DNA of 64,000 bases from Alphaproteobacteria bacterium. Lineage in GTDB: Bacteria > Pseudomonadota > Alphaproteobacteria > RF32 > CAG-239. Numbering within the stretch: the stretch's first letter is position 1; the number at the start of each line of letters is the position of its first letter. The notes beneath the pieces were generated by a model. That model worked only from the letters and a program-made list of their open reading frames with translations. It ran no database searches and was not told where the DNA came from. This document shows positions 33,054 through 43,232 of the stretch, in pieces. The position numbers were made by a program, and so were the translations under genes. The DNA lies in contig JAQWBS010000001.1 in NCBI GenBank assembly GCA_028706255.1, positions 344,563 through 408,562 of the forward strand, read 5' to 3'.

Positions 33054-33125
33054 TCAATTCTTCCTATGTCAAAATTAGTCCTAATCCTCACTAAGAATCA
33101 CACAAATCAAGGGCTTTGTCAATTA

Positions 33126-34820
33126 TCAAATTGTTCTATAAGTTATCATAATTGAATCGTCAGAAAGGATGTTTACAAAAAGTTGAATATCTTTTTGATC
33201 TTTTATGGACAAAATCAGTCCATTAGTTTTAAGCGAGGTGATGTGGTTTAAAATTTCTTTTCTCAAACTTTCCCAATCTTTTTCAAAAGAGAGCAGGTCT
33301 TTTTGAGAATCAACAAGCTCTAAGATATTGGGTTCCATATTTAGAAAGTCACTAGGGGCGTGCCAGAGAGTTATATATTCACGGTTATAAAACTTTAGTC
33401 TACCTGAAGCATCAAAGATGAGAAGGGCTTCAGAAACATTATCAATAATGTCTTGTTGCAAAGCAAACAAAGAATTATAGGCACGTCTAGTGGCAAGTCT
33501 GTCTGAAACATCTTCAAATGCTAAAATTGTTCCACCATTAGGATAACCCGCTCTAAGTCGACGAATAGTTCGGCTGTCGGGTAAATGTAATAAATCTTCT
33601 TTAGGTTCAATCAATCCTGTGAGGGCTTTATTTTCGTCTTCTTTATAAGCCACAAAATTAGGCACTTCAGGGAGAAGTCTTTTTTCACGAATGGTGTCAA
33701 GAAAGGTGCTATAAGTTGGATTGCTTTTCAGCCAGATTTCTTCAAGTTGCCACATCTTTGCAAAAGATTTGTTGTAAAAAGAAAGCACTTGTGACCCATT
33801 GAAAACCGCAAAAGCAGTGCTGCCGAGAGAGCCCAAAATATCAAGCAAGGCATTTTGCCCAAGTTTGTGTTTGAGTTTTATCTCTTCAAGCTCAGACACA
33901 TTAATCAAAGTGCCAACACTGGAAATTTTATCAAGCGTAAGCTCTGAATAAAAAGGCGTTTCGCTCACTTCAAAAACATTAATCTGTCCGTTCACGACAA
34001 TATTTGTCTTATCACTTTTAACACGATTGTTTGAAATGGCAGCGAAAGCAAGGTTTTTAGAAATGCTTTCCCCATTAGCATCGCAAATTTCAATGTTTTC
34101 TCTGGTGAGCGGATTTTTATTTTTCCTATCTAAAAAGTCATAATATTTCTTGTTGGCAAGGACAATGTCGAGATTGTTGTTCCTGAGCCAAGCAGGATAA
34201 GGCAAATTATTAATCATATCTTCAAGTTGAATAATTTTGTTAAAGAAGCCTTCTTTTTCTTCCACTAAATTAGAGACTTTAGATTTTTCTTCCGTCACAT
34301 CACGAAACCAAATCATATCACAAAACGTGCTACCATCGTTATTCGTGATTCGACAGCCATTAAGACGGATATAGCGGTTATCATTCTTTGTGATAAAATC
34401 TTCTTCAAAAGGCACGCCTTCTTCTCTAAGGAGGTCAAAATATTTAATGATTTTTTTGGCATCATCTTTATAAAAGCATCGTAAAACATCTTCAAATTGC
34501 GAATTTTTACCATTTTCAAGATTAAGCAACACCGCAAGACGTCGGGAACATCTTTCCTTAATGCCTTTGACAGGATCGTTGACTTTGGTGTCGGGATAGA
34601 TAAAAGCAAAATAGCCATCTTTTGAAGCATAAAGCGTTTCCGCATATCTTTCTCGGTCACGGTTGATGAAGTAGTTTTTCTGATTAAGCTTTAAGATTTT
34701 GATTTTAAGCCAAAAAATATATACCAAAAAAGCAAGCAAAAGCACTCCCAAGGAATACCATAATTCCGGAGCGGCGTAAAACATATTAATAAGAAGTTCT
34801 TTGTTCATTGCTTTTTTCAA
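33126..34820 (-). CDS. Membrane-anchored PAS-domain protein without recognisable output domain
   Basis: It has an N-terminal TM and several PAS-like segments. I see no histidine-kinase H-box or ATPase motifs. Confidence 0.55.
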   Translation of the reverse strand: MKKAMNKELLINMFYAAPELWYSLGVLLLAFLVYIFWLKIKILKLNQKNYFINRDRERYAETLYASKDGYFAFIYPDTKVNDPVKGIKERCSRRLAVLLNLENGKNSQFEDVLRCFYKDDAKKIIKYFDLLREEGVPFEEDFITKNDNRYIRLNGCRITNNDGSTFCDMIWFRDVTEEKSKVSNLVEEKEGFFNKIIQLEDMINNLPYPAWLRNNNLDIVLANKKYYDFLDRKNKNPLTRENIEICDANGESISKNLAFAAISNNRVKSDKTNIVVNGQINVFEVSETPFYSELTLDKISSVGTLINVSELEEIKLKHKLGQNALLDILGSLGSTAFAVFNGSQVLSFYNKSFAKMWQLEEIWLKSNPTYSTFLDTIREKRLLPEVPNFVAYKEDENKALTGLIEPKEDLLHLPDSRTIRRLRAGYPNGGTILAFEDVSDRLATRRAYNSLFALQQDIIDNVSEALLIFDASGRLKFYNREYITLWHAPSDFLNMEPNILELVDSQKDLLSFEKDWESLRKEILNHITSLKTNGLILSIKDQKDIQLFVNILSDDSIMITYRTI

Positions 34821-34899
34821 TAAATTATATTGTTTGTTGCTCGATTCTATAATATAAATTCAAATTATCAAATTTAAAAATTAATAAAAGTGAATAAAA

Positions 34900-35559
34900 A
34901 TGTATATATTAGCCTTTGATACAACAGCAGAGAGCTGTTCAATTTGCTTGAAGAAGAATGATGTTGAAGTTGCAAAGTTCATTAAACGTATGGAATTTGG
35001 ACAAGCAGAGGTTTTGCTTCCTGAAATTAAGAAGCTTTTAGATTCTATTAAAATCAAATTTTCAGATTTGGGATTAATTGTGGTTTGTGTTGGTCCAGGG
35101 TCTTTCACGGGGGTTCGTGCTAGTCTTTCAGCAGCAAGAGCGTTTACAATTGCAAACAAAAAGATGCCTGTTACTGGTGTCTCTGCATTTGAGGCTTACC
35201 TTTATGCATTGGCTCAAGATGAACTTTGCGCACATAATGCGGTTATTTTGGAAACCAAAAGAGCTGATTTCTATTATCAGCTTTTCAATGAAAAGCGTGA
35301 AAAAATAAATGAAGCCTCAGCAATGAGTCGAGAAGACATTATCCGTGAATTGCAAAATAAAAAAGTGACGCTCATCGGCGATGGTGTGGAAAGATTTTTG
35401 GCAACACCAACAGGACTTAGTCTTCATGCAATTAAAATCGAGTTTTATCCACCAATCGAAAAATTGGCAAGTTGTGGGGTTCAAAAATTGAATGAAGGTC
35501 TGATAGATTTCCCTAAGCCAATGTATCTGAGAGCACCAGAAGTTTATTCTCGTTCTTAA
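34900..35559 (+). CDS. tsaB: tRNA threonylcarbamoyladenosine biosynthesis protein TsaB
   Basis: It begins MYILAFDTTAESCSICL and has the GPGSFTGVR motif. The 219-aa size fits. Confidence 0.85.
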   Translation: MYILAFDTTAESCSICLKKNDVEVAKFIKRMEFGQAEVLLPEIKKLLDSIKIKFSDLGLIVVCVGPGSFTGVRASLSAARAFTIANKKMPVTGVSAFEAYLYALAQDELCAHNAVILETKRADFYYQLFNEKREKINEASAMSREDIIRELQNKKVTLIGDGVERFLATPTGLSLHAIKIEFYPPIEKLASCGVQKLNEGLIDFPKPMYLRAPEVYSRS

Positions 35560-36953
35560 GCTGCGCGAGAATTGCTGAGAAGCTTTGTAATGGCTTCATT
35601 CAAGTTTTCAGACTGATTACTTTCAATAATTTCAATAATGTCCAATTCTTGACGGTCAAGATTACGGTTAACCCCAATTGAATCATAGAACAGTTTAGCA
35701 CTATTATACATTTTAGCTGCTTGTAAAGAATTGCCTTGGTCGTAATAATATTCTGATAAGGCTTTGTTTGCATTAGCGACTTGTTCGGCATTAATTTCTT
35801 CGTCAGCCATTTCAATCACTTTGTTATATGCCCAAACAGCTCGGTTGGTTGAAGAAACAATACTATACATGTCCCCAACGCGTGACCAAGCGACAACATT
35901 GGCAGGATTAAGTTCAATACTAAGCTCAAAGCTATTTGTTGCTAAGTGAACATCATTAATACTTGAAAGCGTTCCAAAGACACAAGCTTGTGCGGAAACA
36001 TCTCTTAAGAGTTCTTCACGTCTTGAGCCCGTACCCATCATGTTTGCATTTTCAACCGTGTCATTCATCAAGCCTTCCAGTAATAGCAAAGCAAGAGAAT
36101 TGTCCCCCTGAGCAAGGTGATAAAGGGCATCTCTTTCGGAAGGCAAGCCTTCTTTTCCGATGAGCTTTTTAAACTTCCCCGTGTTGCACAAACCGACAAA
36201 TTCATCAATTGCCGCAATAACTTGCAAAACTTGTTCTTCTGCGACTTCTCCTTGGCTTCTAAACATGATGGTTTGAGCAATTTTAAGATTTGTCACCCCA
36301 CGGCTGAGCATATCAATAATTAAGCCGATTAGGTCGCCAAGCTCTTTTTTATTTTGTTTATACTGCAAATAATCGGCAGGGAATTCCGTTGAAAGATTCT
36401 CAAACGAAACTTTCTTGCCTTTTTGCCAATCCAAATCAAGTGCTTGTTCTTTTTTCTCTTTTTGTTTTTCTTCTTTTTGAGTTTTCTCTTTTTCTAGCGC
36501 TTCTTTTTTTTGCTTATCTTCAGTTTCTTTCTGGGTTTGTTCCAGAAATTTTTTCTCTTCTCGCTGTCTGAAGTCTTCTTGTTCTTTTTTCTCAAGGGTT
36601 AGCTTTTCTTTTTCTTGTTCGGCGTCTTTCTCTCGAACGAGTCTGTCTTCTTCCTCTTTCTTTTGAAGGAGGCTTTCCTCTTCTTTCTTTTCCTCTTCTT
36701 CTTTGAAGGATTTTTCCGTCGATTCTTGATAATTGTCATCTTTAATAAGTGAGATAATGGATTTGATATAGATGAACAAAGTCATGATAATGAAAAGACA
36801 AAAAGTGATGCTGATGAGGATTAAGGATAAGAGCCTAACACTATTGTTTGATGTGTCAAAATTTTGCAGCAGACTACCTAAGTTTTCGATTGCATTTGCG
36901 AAAACTTCGGAAATTTGAATGTTATTAATTGTTGTCTTTATATTTTCAAACAT
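35556..36953 (-). CDS. Membrane-anchored coiled-coil (E/K-rich) protein with C-terminal TPR-like region
   Basis: It has one TM, a ~120-aa E/K repeat region and a helical-repeat C-terminus. Confidence 0.5.
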   Translation of the reverse strand: MFENIKTTINNIQISEVFANAIENLGSLLQNFDTSNNSVRLLSLILISITFCLFIIMTLFIYIKSIISLIKDDNYQESTEKSFKEEEEKKEEESLLQKKEEEDRLVREKDAEQEKEKLTLEKKEQEDFRQREEKKFLEQTQKETEDKQKKEALEKEKTQKEEKQKEKKEQALDLDWQKGKKVSFENLSTEFPADYLQYKQNKKELGDLIGLIIDMLSRGVTNLKIAQTIMFRSQGEVAEEQVLQVIAAIDEFVGLCNTGKFKKLIGKEGLPSERDALYHLAQGDNSLALLLLEGLMNDTVENANMMGTGSRREELLRDVSAQACVFGTLSSINDVHLATNSFELSIELNPANVVAWSRVGDMYSIVSSTNRAVWAYNKVIEMADEEINAEQVANANKALSEYYYDQGNSLQAAKMYNSAKLFYDSIGVNRNLDRQELDIIEIIESNQSENLNEAITKLLSNSRAA

Positions 36954-37046
36954 ATCTTACGGGAGTCATTTACAAATTGTTATTTAATGTTTAGAATGTA
37001 GCCAGAATTTAATATATAATATGAAATCATTAAAAGAAAGTATAAA

Positions 37047-37892
37047 ATGGGATACTTAAGTCAAAGAAAAAAAGCACACAGAGAAATTATAACAATTAGG
37101 TTTCTGCTAAGTCTTATCGCTTTTTTGCTGTTATTTAGCTTATTAAACGTGAGTTCGGCTTACTCTTACTATATAGATTCCTTTCGCCTTTACTACTATG
37201 TTTTAGCGGTTGTCATCTTTGTATATAGCCTCTGTCGCAGATTCGTCGGGTTTTCTTTAGCGTCTTTTCTTTTATTTGTGGTGAGTTATTTCGTTTTAGA
37301 ATCTTCAGCAAATATTATTTCTAATATTTCTTATCAGTCGGATAAGCAAATTTCCGTCCTTTACGGCAGACAGGTCACAAATTATACAAAATTCGTTCAG
37401 GAATATAGTGTTGAGGCGGACTTAATCTCAATTAGCGGTAAGAAAAATGAATTCATCAGCCTGAAGCGAGATTTTGTGAAGAAAGGAATTGTTAGCCTTT
37501 CCTCAAAAAGAAAAGCGGATTTCATTCTTTCTCAGCTTTCTGATAAAGGCGTGATGTTTGTTGCGATTGATTTCAAAGGCATTGGGCTTGAGGAAATTGA
37601 CACGGTTTTTAATAATCTGGCTCAATTCGTTAATCTGCAAGGTTGTCCGGTGGTCATTTTCGGAGATTTCGGAATCCCTGTTTGGACCAGCCAGTTCAAG
37701 TCGTTTTTAGATAAAACTCATCTTGAGGTTAAAAATAGAATCATCATGGGTGGAAATAGATATTTCTTTAATCCATTTAGCATTCCGACAATCAATTTGT
37801 TAGGATATAAGGAAATGGGCATTAATGAAATTAGCTTTTTGAAAAAAGCACATACGCAAGAAACGCCTATTCTTTTTGATTTATCATATTAA
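37047..37892 (+). CDS. Membrane protein, unknown function (weak GDF-motif similarity to EEP-fold enzymes)
   Basis: It has three N-terminal TM segments, and VVIFGDFGIP resembles the GDFN motif. The call is not secure. Confidence 0.4.
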   Translation: MGYLSQRKKAHREIITIRFLLSLIAFLLLFSLLNVSSAYSYYIDSFRLYYYVLAVVIFVYSLCRRFVGFSLASFLLFVVSYFVLESSANIISNISYQSDKQISVLYGRQVTNYTKFVQEYSVEADLISISGKKNEFISLKRDFVKKGIVSLSSKRKADFILSQLSDKGVMFVAIDFKGIGLEEIDTVFNNLAQFVNLQGCPVVIFGDFGIPVWTSQFKSFLDKTHLEVKNRIIMGGNRYFFNPFSIPTINLLGYKEMGINEISFLKKAHTQETPILFDLSY

Positions 37893-39336
37893 GTTTTTCT
37901 TGAGTGGCATTGACGAGGTCGTTGTCATCGTTGGCAAGAGCAATCTCCAAAGATTTTTTGAGGGATTCGACGGCTTGCTCTTTGTATCCCGCCATTAAGT
38001 CCGCCAGAGCAATATTATAATAATCCGAGGCGACTGCCTTATTCCTGTCGTTTTTCTGTTCAAGACTCAACGACTGTTGGAACAAGCTTTTAGCACGTCG
38101 AAAATCTTTCTTCTTGATATAAATTAAACCAAGTAAGTTATAGACATTAGCGATGTGAAAACTACTCTGTTTTTGAGAAGTTTTTTGTAAGAGCTCTCTG
38201 GAAATTTCTTCAGCTCTGTCAAAAAGTTCTAACTCATAAAAAGCTGTTGCTTGGACATATTTACTTTCTAGAAGAGCAGAAAAATTGTTATATTTTTGAT
38301 GAATTTGCTCTGCCTCTTCAGCAAAAAGGAGGCTGTCTTGAGGTCTTTTTTGTTCCTTTTTTAAGTAAGCCATTAATTCTAGACTGAAGGCAAGCCCGAC
38401 TTCATCGTGATATTCTCGATTAATCATAAGTGCTTCTTCTAACAAAGATTCGCATTTTGTAAAATCTCTTTGAAAGAAATAAAGGAGTGATTTATGATTA
38501 TAAAGATAAGCATTATAAGCTTCGCAAGCGTTTTGTTGTAAAGCTTTGTCAAAATAATCTTGAGCTTCTTCAAAACGATTTTGTAAAGACATTAACATTC
38601 CCAAATTTCCTAAGGCATCAATAATCCCATAATAATATGAAAGACTTTCATAAATTTTTCTGGCAGTTTCAAACATAAATTGCGAAACATCAAAAAGTCC
38701 TGAAGCACGATAAGTCACGCCGAGCATCTGAAATGCTTTAGCCTCTTCAAGATAAGCTCTTTGTTTTTTAAAGAGTTTTACCGCAGATAAAAGATTTTCT
38801 GATGCTGTCATCATATCTCCATCTTGAAGGGCAAGAATTGCCTCAAAATAGAGTTTTTTGGCTTGAGCAAATTGGTCTTTGTCTGAAATTTTTTGAAGGG
38901 CTAAAGAGAGTTTTGAAAAATCAGATTTCAAAAAGTAAAGTTCTGCTAAAGCGGCGAGAACGACCTCATTACGATAATCGTTCTTAATGTAAATTTGCAA
39001 GTTTTCTAAAGCTTGTTGAGGGGAAAAGTGAGCGAGGAGGAGAAGGCTTAAATCTTTCTTACCTTTCCTCTCTAAGAAAACACAACAAGGCAAATATTTA
39101 CCTAAACTTAGTTGTAACAAAAGATTTTTCTGGTTTTTTTTGAGCAGAAATTTAACGGTTCGACGCAAAGCATTTGAAGAGAAAAAGTTTTGAAAATTAA
39201 TTTCAGGCAGGCGTAAAATTCGTTTTAAGGTTAAGGTATAAAAATGGTGTGTAGTTATTTTGACATAGAATGAATATATACTAAAGATGGATAGTATGGT
39301 GACAAGAGCTATGAAAGTATAAACAAAATAAATCAT
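37867..39336 (-). CDS. TPR-repeat protein with N-terminal TM anchor
   Basis: It has multiple 34-aa TPR-like repeats (A..Y...G..Y...A). The 489-aa gene is transcribed divergently from the Lon-like gene. Confidence 0.6.
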   Translation of the reverse strand: MIYFVYTFIALVTILSIFSIYSFYVKITTHHFYTLTLKRILRLPEINFQNFFSSNALRRTVKFLLKKNQKNLLLQLSLGKYLPCCVFLERKGKKDLSLLLLAHFSPQQALENLQIYIKNDYRNEVVLAALAELYFLKSDFSKLSLALQKISDKDQFAQAKKLYFEAILALQDGDMMTASENLLSAVKLFKKQRAYLEEAKAFQMLGVTYRASGLFDVSQFMFETARKIYESLSYYYGIIDALGNLGMLMSLQNRFEEAQDYFDKALQQNACEAYNAYLYNHKSLLYFFQRDFTKCESLLEEALMINREYHDEVGLAFSLELMAYLKKEQKRPQDSLLFAEEAEQIHQKYNNFSALLESKYVQATAFYELELFDRAEEISRELLQKTSQKQSSFHIANVYNLLGLIYIKKKDFRRAKSLFQQSLSLEQKNDRNKAVASDYYNIALADLMAGYKEQAVESLKKSLEIALANDDNDLVNATQEKLNMINQKE

Positions 39337-39372
39337 TAAAATTTACGCAATGTTAGTTTTTACAAGTTATAT

Positions 39373-41850
39373 ATGAATGTAAATAATAATATAAAGGATT
39401 TTTCACAGATGGCTATATCAAAATTAACGACCAAGGAACTTTATAATAAATGTAAGTATAGCAAATTTAAGTTTGCTTCAACCGCAGAACTGGAAGAAAA
39501 GCTTTCAGCTCTTGGGCAAGATAGAGCTTTGAGTTCGGTTGAGATTGGTATTAATATTCAGTCTAAGGGTTATAATTTGTTCTGCTTAGGACCTGAGGGA
39601 ACAGGTAAAACCTCTTTGGTCAAAAGAGTTTTGGAACAAGAAGCTCTTACGCGTAAAACACCTGACGATTGGGCATATATTTATAATTTTGAAGAAACGC
39701 ATAAGCCTTTGACAATGAGATTTTCAGCGGGTAAAGCCGCAGAATTTGCGAAAGATGTTGATAAATTAATTGAAGAATTATCAGATTCTATTCCTTCTGT
39801 GATTGAAAGTGATGAATATAAGGCATCTTTAAGCATTGTTAATGAAAAATTTAAGCAAAAAAAAGAAGAATATGTCAAAATTTTGCAAAAGAAAGCCAAG
39901 GGTAAAAGTGTAACATTGTTGCATATGCCTGTTGGATTGGTCGTTGCTCCTGTTAAAAATGGCGAAGTGCTTTCTCCAGAAGCTTTTGATGAACTTCCTG
40001 AAGAAGAAAAACAAAGATTGATGGACGACCTCAATGCAATGCAGCAAGAAATTGAAGAAACAGCACAGCATTTGCCAGATTGGGAAGATAAGCAACGCAA
40101 AGAAATTTATGCGATTCAAGAAAAATTTTTGAAAATCAGTTTAAAAAATCCATTTGATGAGATTCGCCAGAAATATAAGAGCAATCGTCAGGTTGGGGAA
40201 TATTTGAAAAATGTTCAAAAATATATCATTGAAAACACGGAAGATTTCCTGTCTAGTGGTAAAGACATTCCAAATGCAGGTGGCGAAGAGGATATGTTGA
40301 GTAATATCTTTATGCGTATGAACAAAAAAGATGATGATAAATTTGAAAAATTTAGAGTAAATGTTATTGTCAAAAATGAGGCTGGAAAAGGCGCTCCGAT
40401 AGTTCATCTTGACCATCCAACGCAAGGGAACTTGGTGGGTAAAGTTGAAAAGATGCAACAACATGGCTCGCTCTTGACAGACTTTACCTTAATTAAAAGT
40501 GGCGCATTACACCAAGCCAATGGTGGTTTCCTTTTAATCGACGCTCGCAAGCTCCTTATTCAACCATTTGCGTGGGATTCTCTGAAAAGAGCATTAGCGT
40601 CAAAACAAATCAAAATTGAAACCCCAGGAGATGATGCTGGTTTTAGTTCAATTTCACTTGATCCAGAACCGATTCCTCTCAACATTAAAGTCATTTTGAC
40701 GGGTGATGAAGGACTTTATGAGATGTTGATGGAAAGAGACCCTGACTTTGTTGATTATTTCAAAGTTGAGGCAGATTTTGCTACCACAATGGAACGCAAT
40801 GAAAAAATGGAAATGGAATATGCCAAGCTCATCGGCTCGCTTTCTAAAAAGAAAAACATTCGCTCATTGAACAAGCAAGCAGTGGCAAAAGTCATTGAAT
40901 ATTCTTCTCGCTTGGCAGGAGATTCGCAAAAATTGACAGCACACGTTGCCTCAATTTCAGATGTTTTGAAAGAAGCAAATTATTGGGCAATGAAGTCTAA
41001 ATCTAATCAGATTGGGAAAAATCACATTGATCAAGCGATTGAGTCACAGCTCTATCGTTCAGGACGCATCAAACAAGCAATGTTGGAGCAAATTGAAAAA
41101 GGGTCAATTCTCCTTGATGTCGAAGGTGAAAAAGTGGGTCAAATTAACGGATTGGTGGTTTATAATTTTTCACGCCTTGCTTTTGGTAGACCAACCAGAA
41201 TCACAACTCAAGTGCGTTTAGGAAATGGTGAATTTTTTGATATTGAAAGAGAAATTGAACTTTCTGGTCCAATTCACACGAAAGGCGTTTTGATTTTGCA
41301 ATCGCTTTTAGCAAATAGATTCGCTAAAGAAGCACCACTCTCTCTTTCTGCGTCAATTGTTTTTGAACAATCTTATGGTGGTGTTGATGGAGATAGTGCT
41401 TCTTCAACAGAATATTATTGCTTGCTTTCAGCAATTGCGAATTTGCCGATTAAGCAAGGAATTGGTGTGACAGGCTCAATCAACCAGTTCGGCGAAATCC
41501 AACCAATTGGTGGGGTGAATGAGAAAATTGAGGGCTTCTTTGATGTTTGTAAGCACAGAGGGTTAACTGGAGAACAAGGGGTTATTATTCCAAGAACCAA
41601 TGTTTTGAATTTAATGCTTAGAGATGATGTTTTGGAAGCGGTTGAAACTGGAAAGTTCCACATTTATGCCGTGGATAGCGTTGATGATGGCATTGAAATT
41701 TTGACAGGAATTAAAGCTGGAAAACTTGATAAAAATGGAAAGTATCCAGCAGATTCTGTAAATGGTAAGGTTCAAAAAAGCATTGAGCATTATTACAATC
41801 GCTATGTTCATTTTGCGCGTGAAACTAACGGTCATATAAATGGAAGATAA
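39373..41850 (+). CDS. Lon-like ATP-dependent protease (AAA+ N-terminal region + Lon S16 C-terminal proteolytic domain; COG1067-type)
   Basis: It has the Walker A motif GPEGTGKTS. The C-terminal Lon protease domain carries a Ser-Lys dyad region (GGVDGDSASSTEYYCLLSAIANLPIKQGIGVTGSINQFGEIQPIGGVNEKIEGFF). The likely true start is ATG 39409 (MAISKL), which follows the RBS AAAGGA. Confidence 0.75.
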   Translation: MNVNNNIKDFSQMAISKLTTKELYNKCKYSKFKFASTAELEEKLSALGQDRALSSVEIGINIQSKGYNLFCLGPEGTGKTSLVKRVLEQEALTRKTPDDWAYIYNFEETHKPLTMRFSAGKAAEFAKDVDKLIEELSDSIPSVIESDEYKASLSIVNEKFKQKKEEYVKILQKKAKGKSVTLLHMPVGLVVAPVKNGEVLSPEAFDELPEEEKQRLMDDLNAMQQEIEETAQHLPDWEDKQRKEIYAIQEKFLKISLKNPFDEIRQKYKSNRQVGEYLKNVQKYIIENTEDFLSSGKDIPNAGGEEDMLSNIFMRMNKKDDDKFEKFRVNVIVKNEAGKGAPIVHLDHPTQGNLVGKVEKMQQHGSLLTDFTLIKSGALHQANGGFLLIDARKLLIQPFAWDSLKRALASKQIKIETPGDDAGFSSISLDPEPIPLNIKVILTGDEGLYEMLMERDPDFVDYFKVEADFATTMERNEKMEMEYAKLIGSLSKKKNIRSLNKQAVAKVIEYSSRLAGDSQKLTAHVASISDVLKEANYWAMKSKSNQIGKNHIDQAIESQLYRSGRIKQAMLEQIEKGSILLDVEGEKVGQINGLVVYNFSRLAFGRPTRITTQVRLGNGEFFDIEREIELSGPIHTKGVLILQSLLANRFAKEAPLSLSASIVFEQSYGGVDGDSASSTEYYCLLSAIANLPIKQGIGVTGSINQFGEIQPIGGVNEKIEGFFDVCKHRGLTGEQGVIIPRTNVLNLMLRDDVLEAVETGKFHIYAVDSVDDGIEILTGIKAGKLDKNGKYPADSVNGKVQKSIEHYYNRYVHFARETNGHINGR

Positions 41851-42328
41851 AAGTTATAAGGTTCTATTCGTCTGCACGGGGAACATTTGTCGTTCCCCAA
41901 CAGCAGAAGGAATTATGGCAAATCTTCTCAAAAAAGAAAATCTTGAAGAAAAAATCAAAATTGATTCTGCTGGCACACATGGCTGGCATAAAGGTGAAAT
42001 GCCAGACTTTCGCTCAGTTTCTTGTGCGAAAGGATTCGGCGTGGACATTAGCAAGCTAAAATCTCGCCCTGTTGAAAGCAGAGATTTTAACGAATTTGAT
42101 TTAATTGTGGCAATGGATGAGAAAAATATGTATGACTTAAGCAGGCTTTCTCCACATCAAGAGGAAACAGCAAGCATTCATAAACTTTTGGAATTTGCGT
42201 CACAATATGGAGAAGACGTGCCAGATCCATATTATCGTGATAATTTTGACTATGTCTTTGAAATGATACAAAATGCCTGTGAAAACTTATTGGCACATTT
42301 AAAGTCTATGCTTGATGAATCCAGATAG
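41840..42328 (+). CDS. Low-molecular-weight protein-tyrosine phosphatase
   Basis: It has the LMW-PTP P-loop VLFVCTGNICRSP and DSAGT. It overlaps the upstream Lon-like gene by 11 nt. Confidence 0.8.
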   Translation: MEDKSYKVLFVCTGNICRSPTAEGIMANLLKKENLEEKIKIDSAGTHGWHKGEMPDFRSVSCAKGFGVDISKLKSRPVESRDFNEFDLIVAMDEKNMYDLSRLSPHQEETASIHKLLEFASQYGEDVPDPYYRDNFDYVFEMIQNACENLLAHLKSMLDESR

Positions 42329-42475
42329 TTGCAGATGAATTTATAAAATTTTTGGATAACTCATCAAAATAATTTTATTTTTTTATAAAAGAAGCTATTG
42401 ATTATTGAAACCAAAAAGTATAGTTTATAAAAAAACAAATTTAGTAATATTAAGCGTAAAATAAAGAGGCAAAAA

Positions 42476-42757
42476 TTGACAAAATCAGAACTAATTGAAA
42501 GAGTTGCAAGTAAGAACCCACATCTTGCAGTGAAAGAAGTTGAAAAAATTGTTTCAGTAATATTTAACAATATCATTGATACTTTGGCAAAAGGCGATAG
42601 AATAGAGTTCAGAGGCTTTGGAGCTTTTTCTGTGCGTAAACGTCCTTCCAGAATTGCTAAGAACCCTCGTTCGGGCGAAAAAGTTTCTGTGGAAGAAAGA
42701 AATATTCCACACTTTAAGACCGGAAAACAATTACACGAGTTGCTAAATAGTAAGTAG
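42476..42757 (+). CDS. ihfB: Integration host factor subunit beta
   Basis: 93 aa. It starts with TTG and reads MTKSELIERVA. The HU/IHF fold is marked by GFGAFSVRKR. Confidence 0.85.
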   Translation: MTKSELIERVASKNPHLAVKEVEKIVSVIFNNIIDTLAKGDRIEFRGFGAFSVRKRPSRIAKNPRSGEKVSVEERNIPHFKTGKQLHELLNSK

Positions 42758-42804
42758 TCTTATGAAAACAGAGCAGCTCCTCAAAAAGGAAAGGCTTTAG
42801 CGTT

Positions 42805-43212
42805 ATGAACATAATAAGAATGTTAATTGGAATTCCCATAACAACCATAATCCTAGTATTTGCGTTTGTGAATAATGATTTGGTAACGTTTAGCTTGTGG
42901 CCATTCACCGTTGAAGCGACTGTTTCTTTGAGCGTTGTCGTTATCGTTCTTACCATTCTCGGATTTATCATGGGGCGTCTTTCTGCTTGGTTTGCATATG
43001 CGCCTTTACGCCGCGAACTTTTCAAAAGAAAAAAAGAAAACCGTAAGCTTTCAGAAGAACATAAAAAGCTTAACACAACGGTTGATAGCCTCAAAGACAA
43101 TCTTGAAAACCTTAAAGCACAAACTGTGGAGAAAAAAGAAGGGGATGATTCTGAAAAAGCTGTTCCTGAATTTTTCAAAGGTGTTTTCTCTCGCTTCAAT
43201 AAAAATAAATAA
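42805..43212 (+). CDS. lapA: LapA-family (DUF1049) inner-membrane protein
   Basis: It has two TMs and a coiled coil. The position after ihfB is conserved in Proteobacteria. Confidence 0.6.
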   Translation: MNIIRMLIGIPITTIILVFAFVNNDLVTFSLWPFTVEATVSLSVVVIVLTILGFIMGRLSAWFAYAPLRRELFKRKKENRKLSEEHKKLNTTVDSLKDNLENLKAQTVEKKEGDDSEKAVPEFFKGVFSRFNKNK

Positions 43213-43232
43213 AAATCGATGGATATAAAAAT

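Noticed and set aside
37047-37892. 281-aa membrane protein as an endonuclease/exonuclease/phosphatase (EEP) nuclease
   Set aside because: Only a GDF(G) tetrapeptide resembles the GDFN motif. The N-terminal catalytic Glu/Asn and the C-terminal SDH motifs are not evident, so it is kept as a hypothetical membrane protein.
39373-41850. Lon-like protease as BREX BrxL (defence system)
   Set aside because: No PglX methyltransferase, PglZ, BrxC or other BREX components are anywhere in the window. The neighbours are core genes. It is more likely a housekeeping LonB-type protease.
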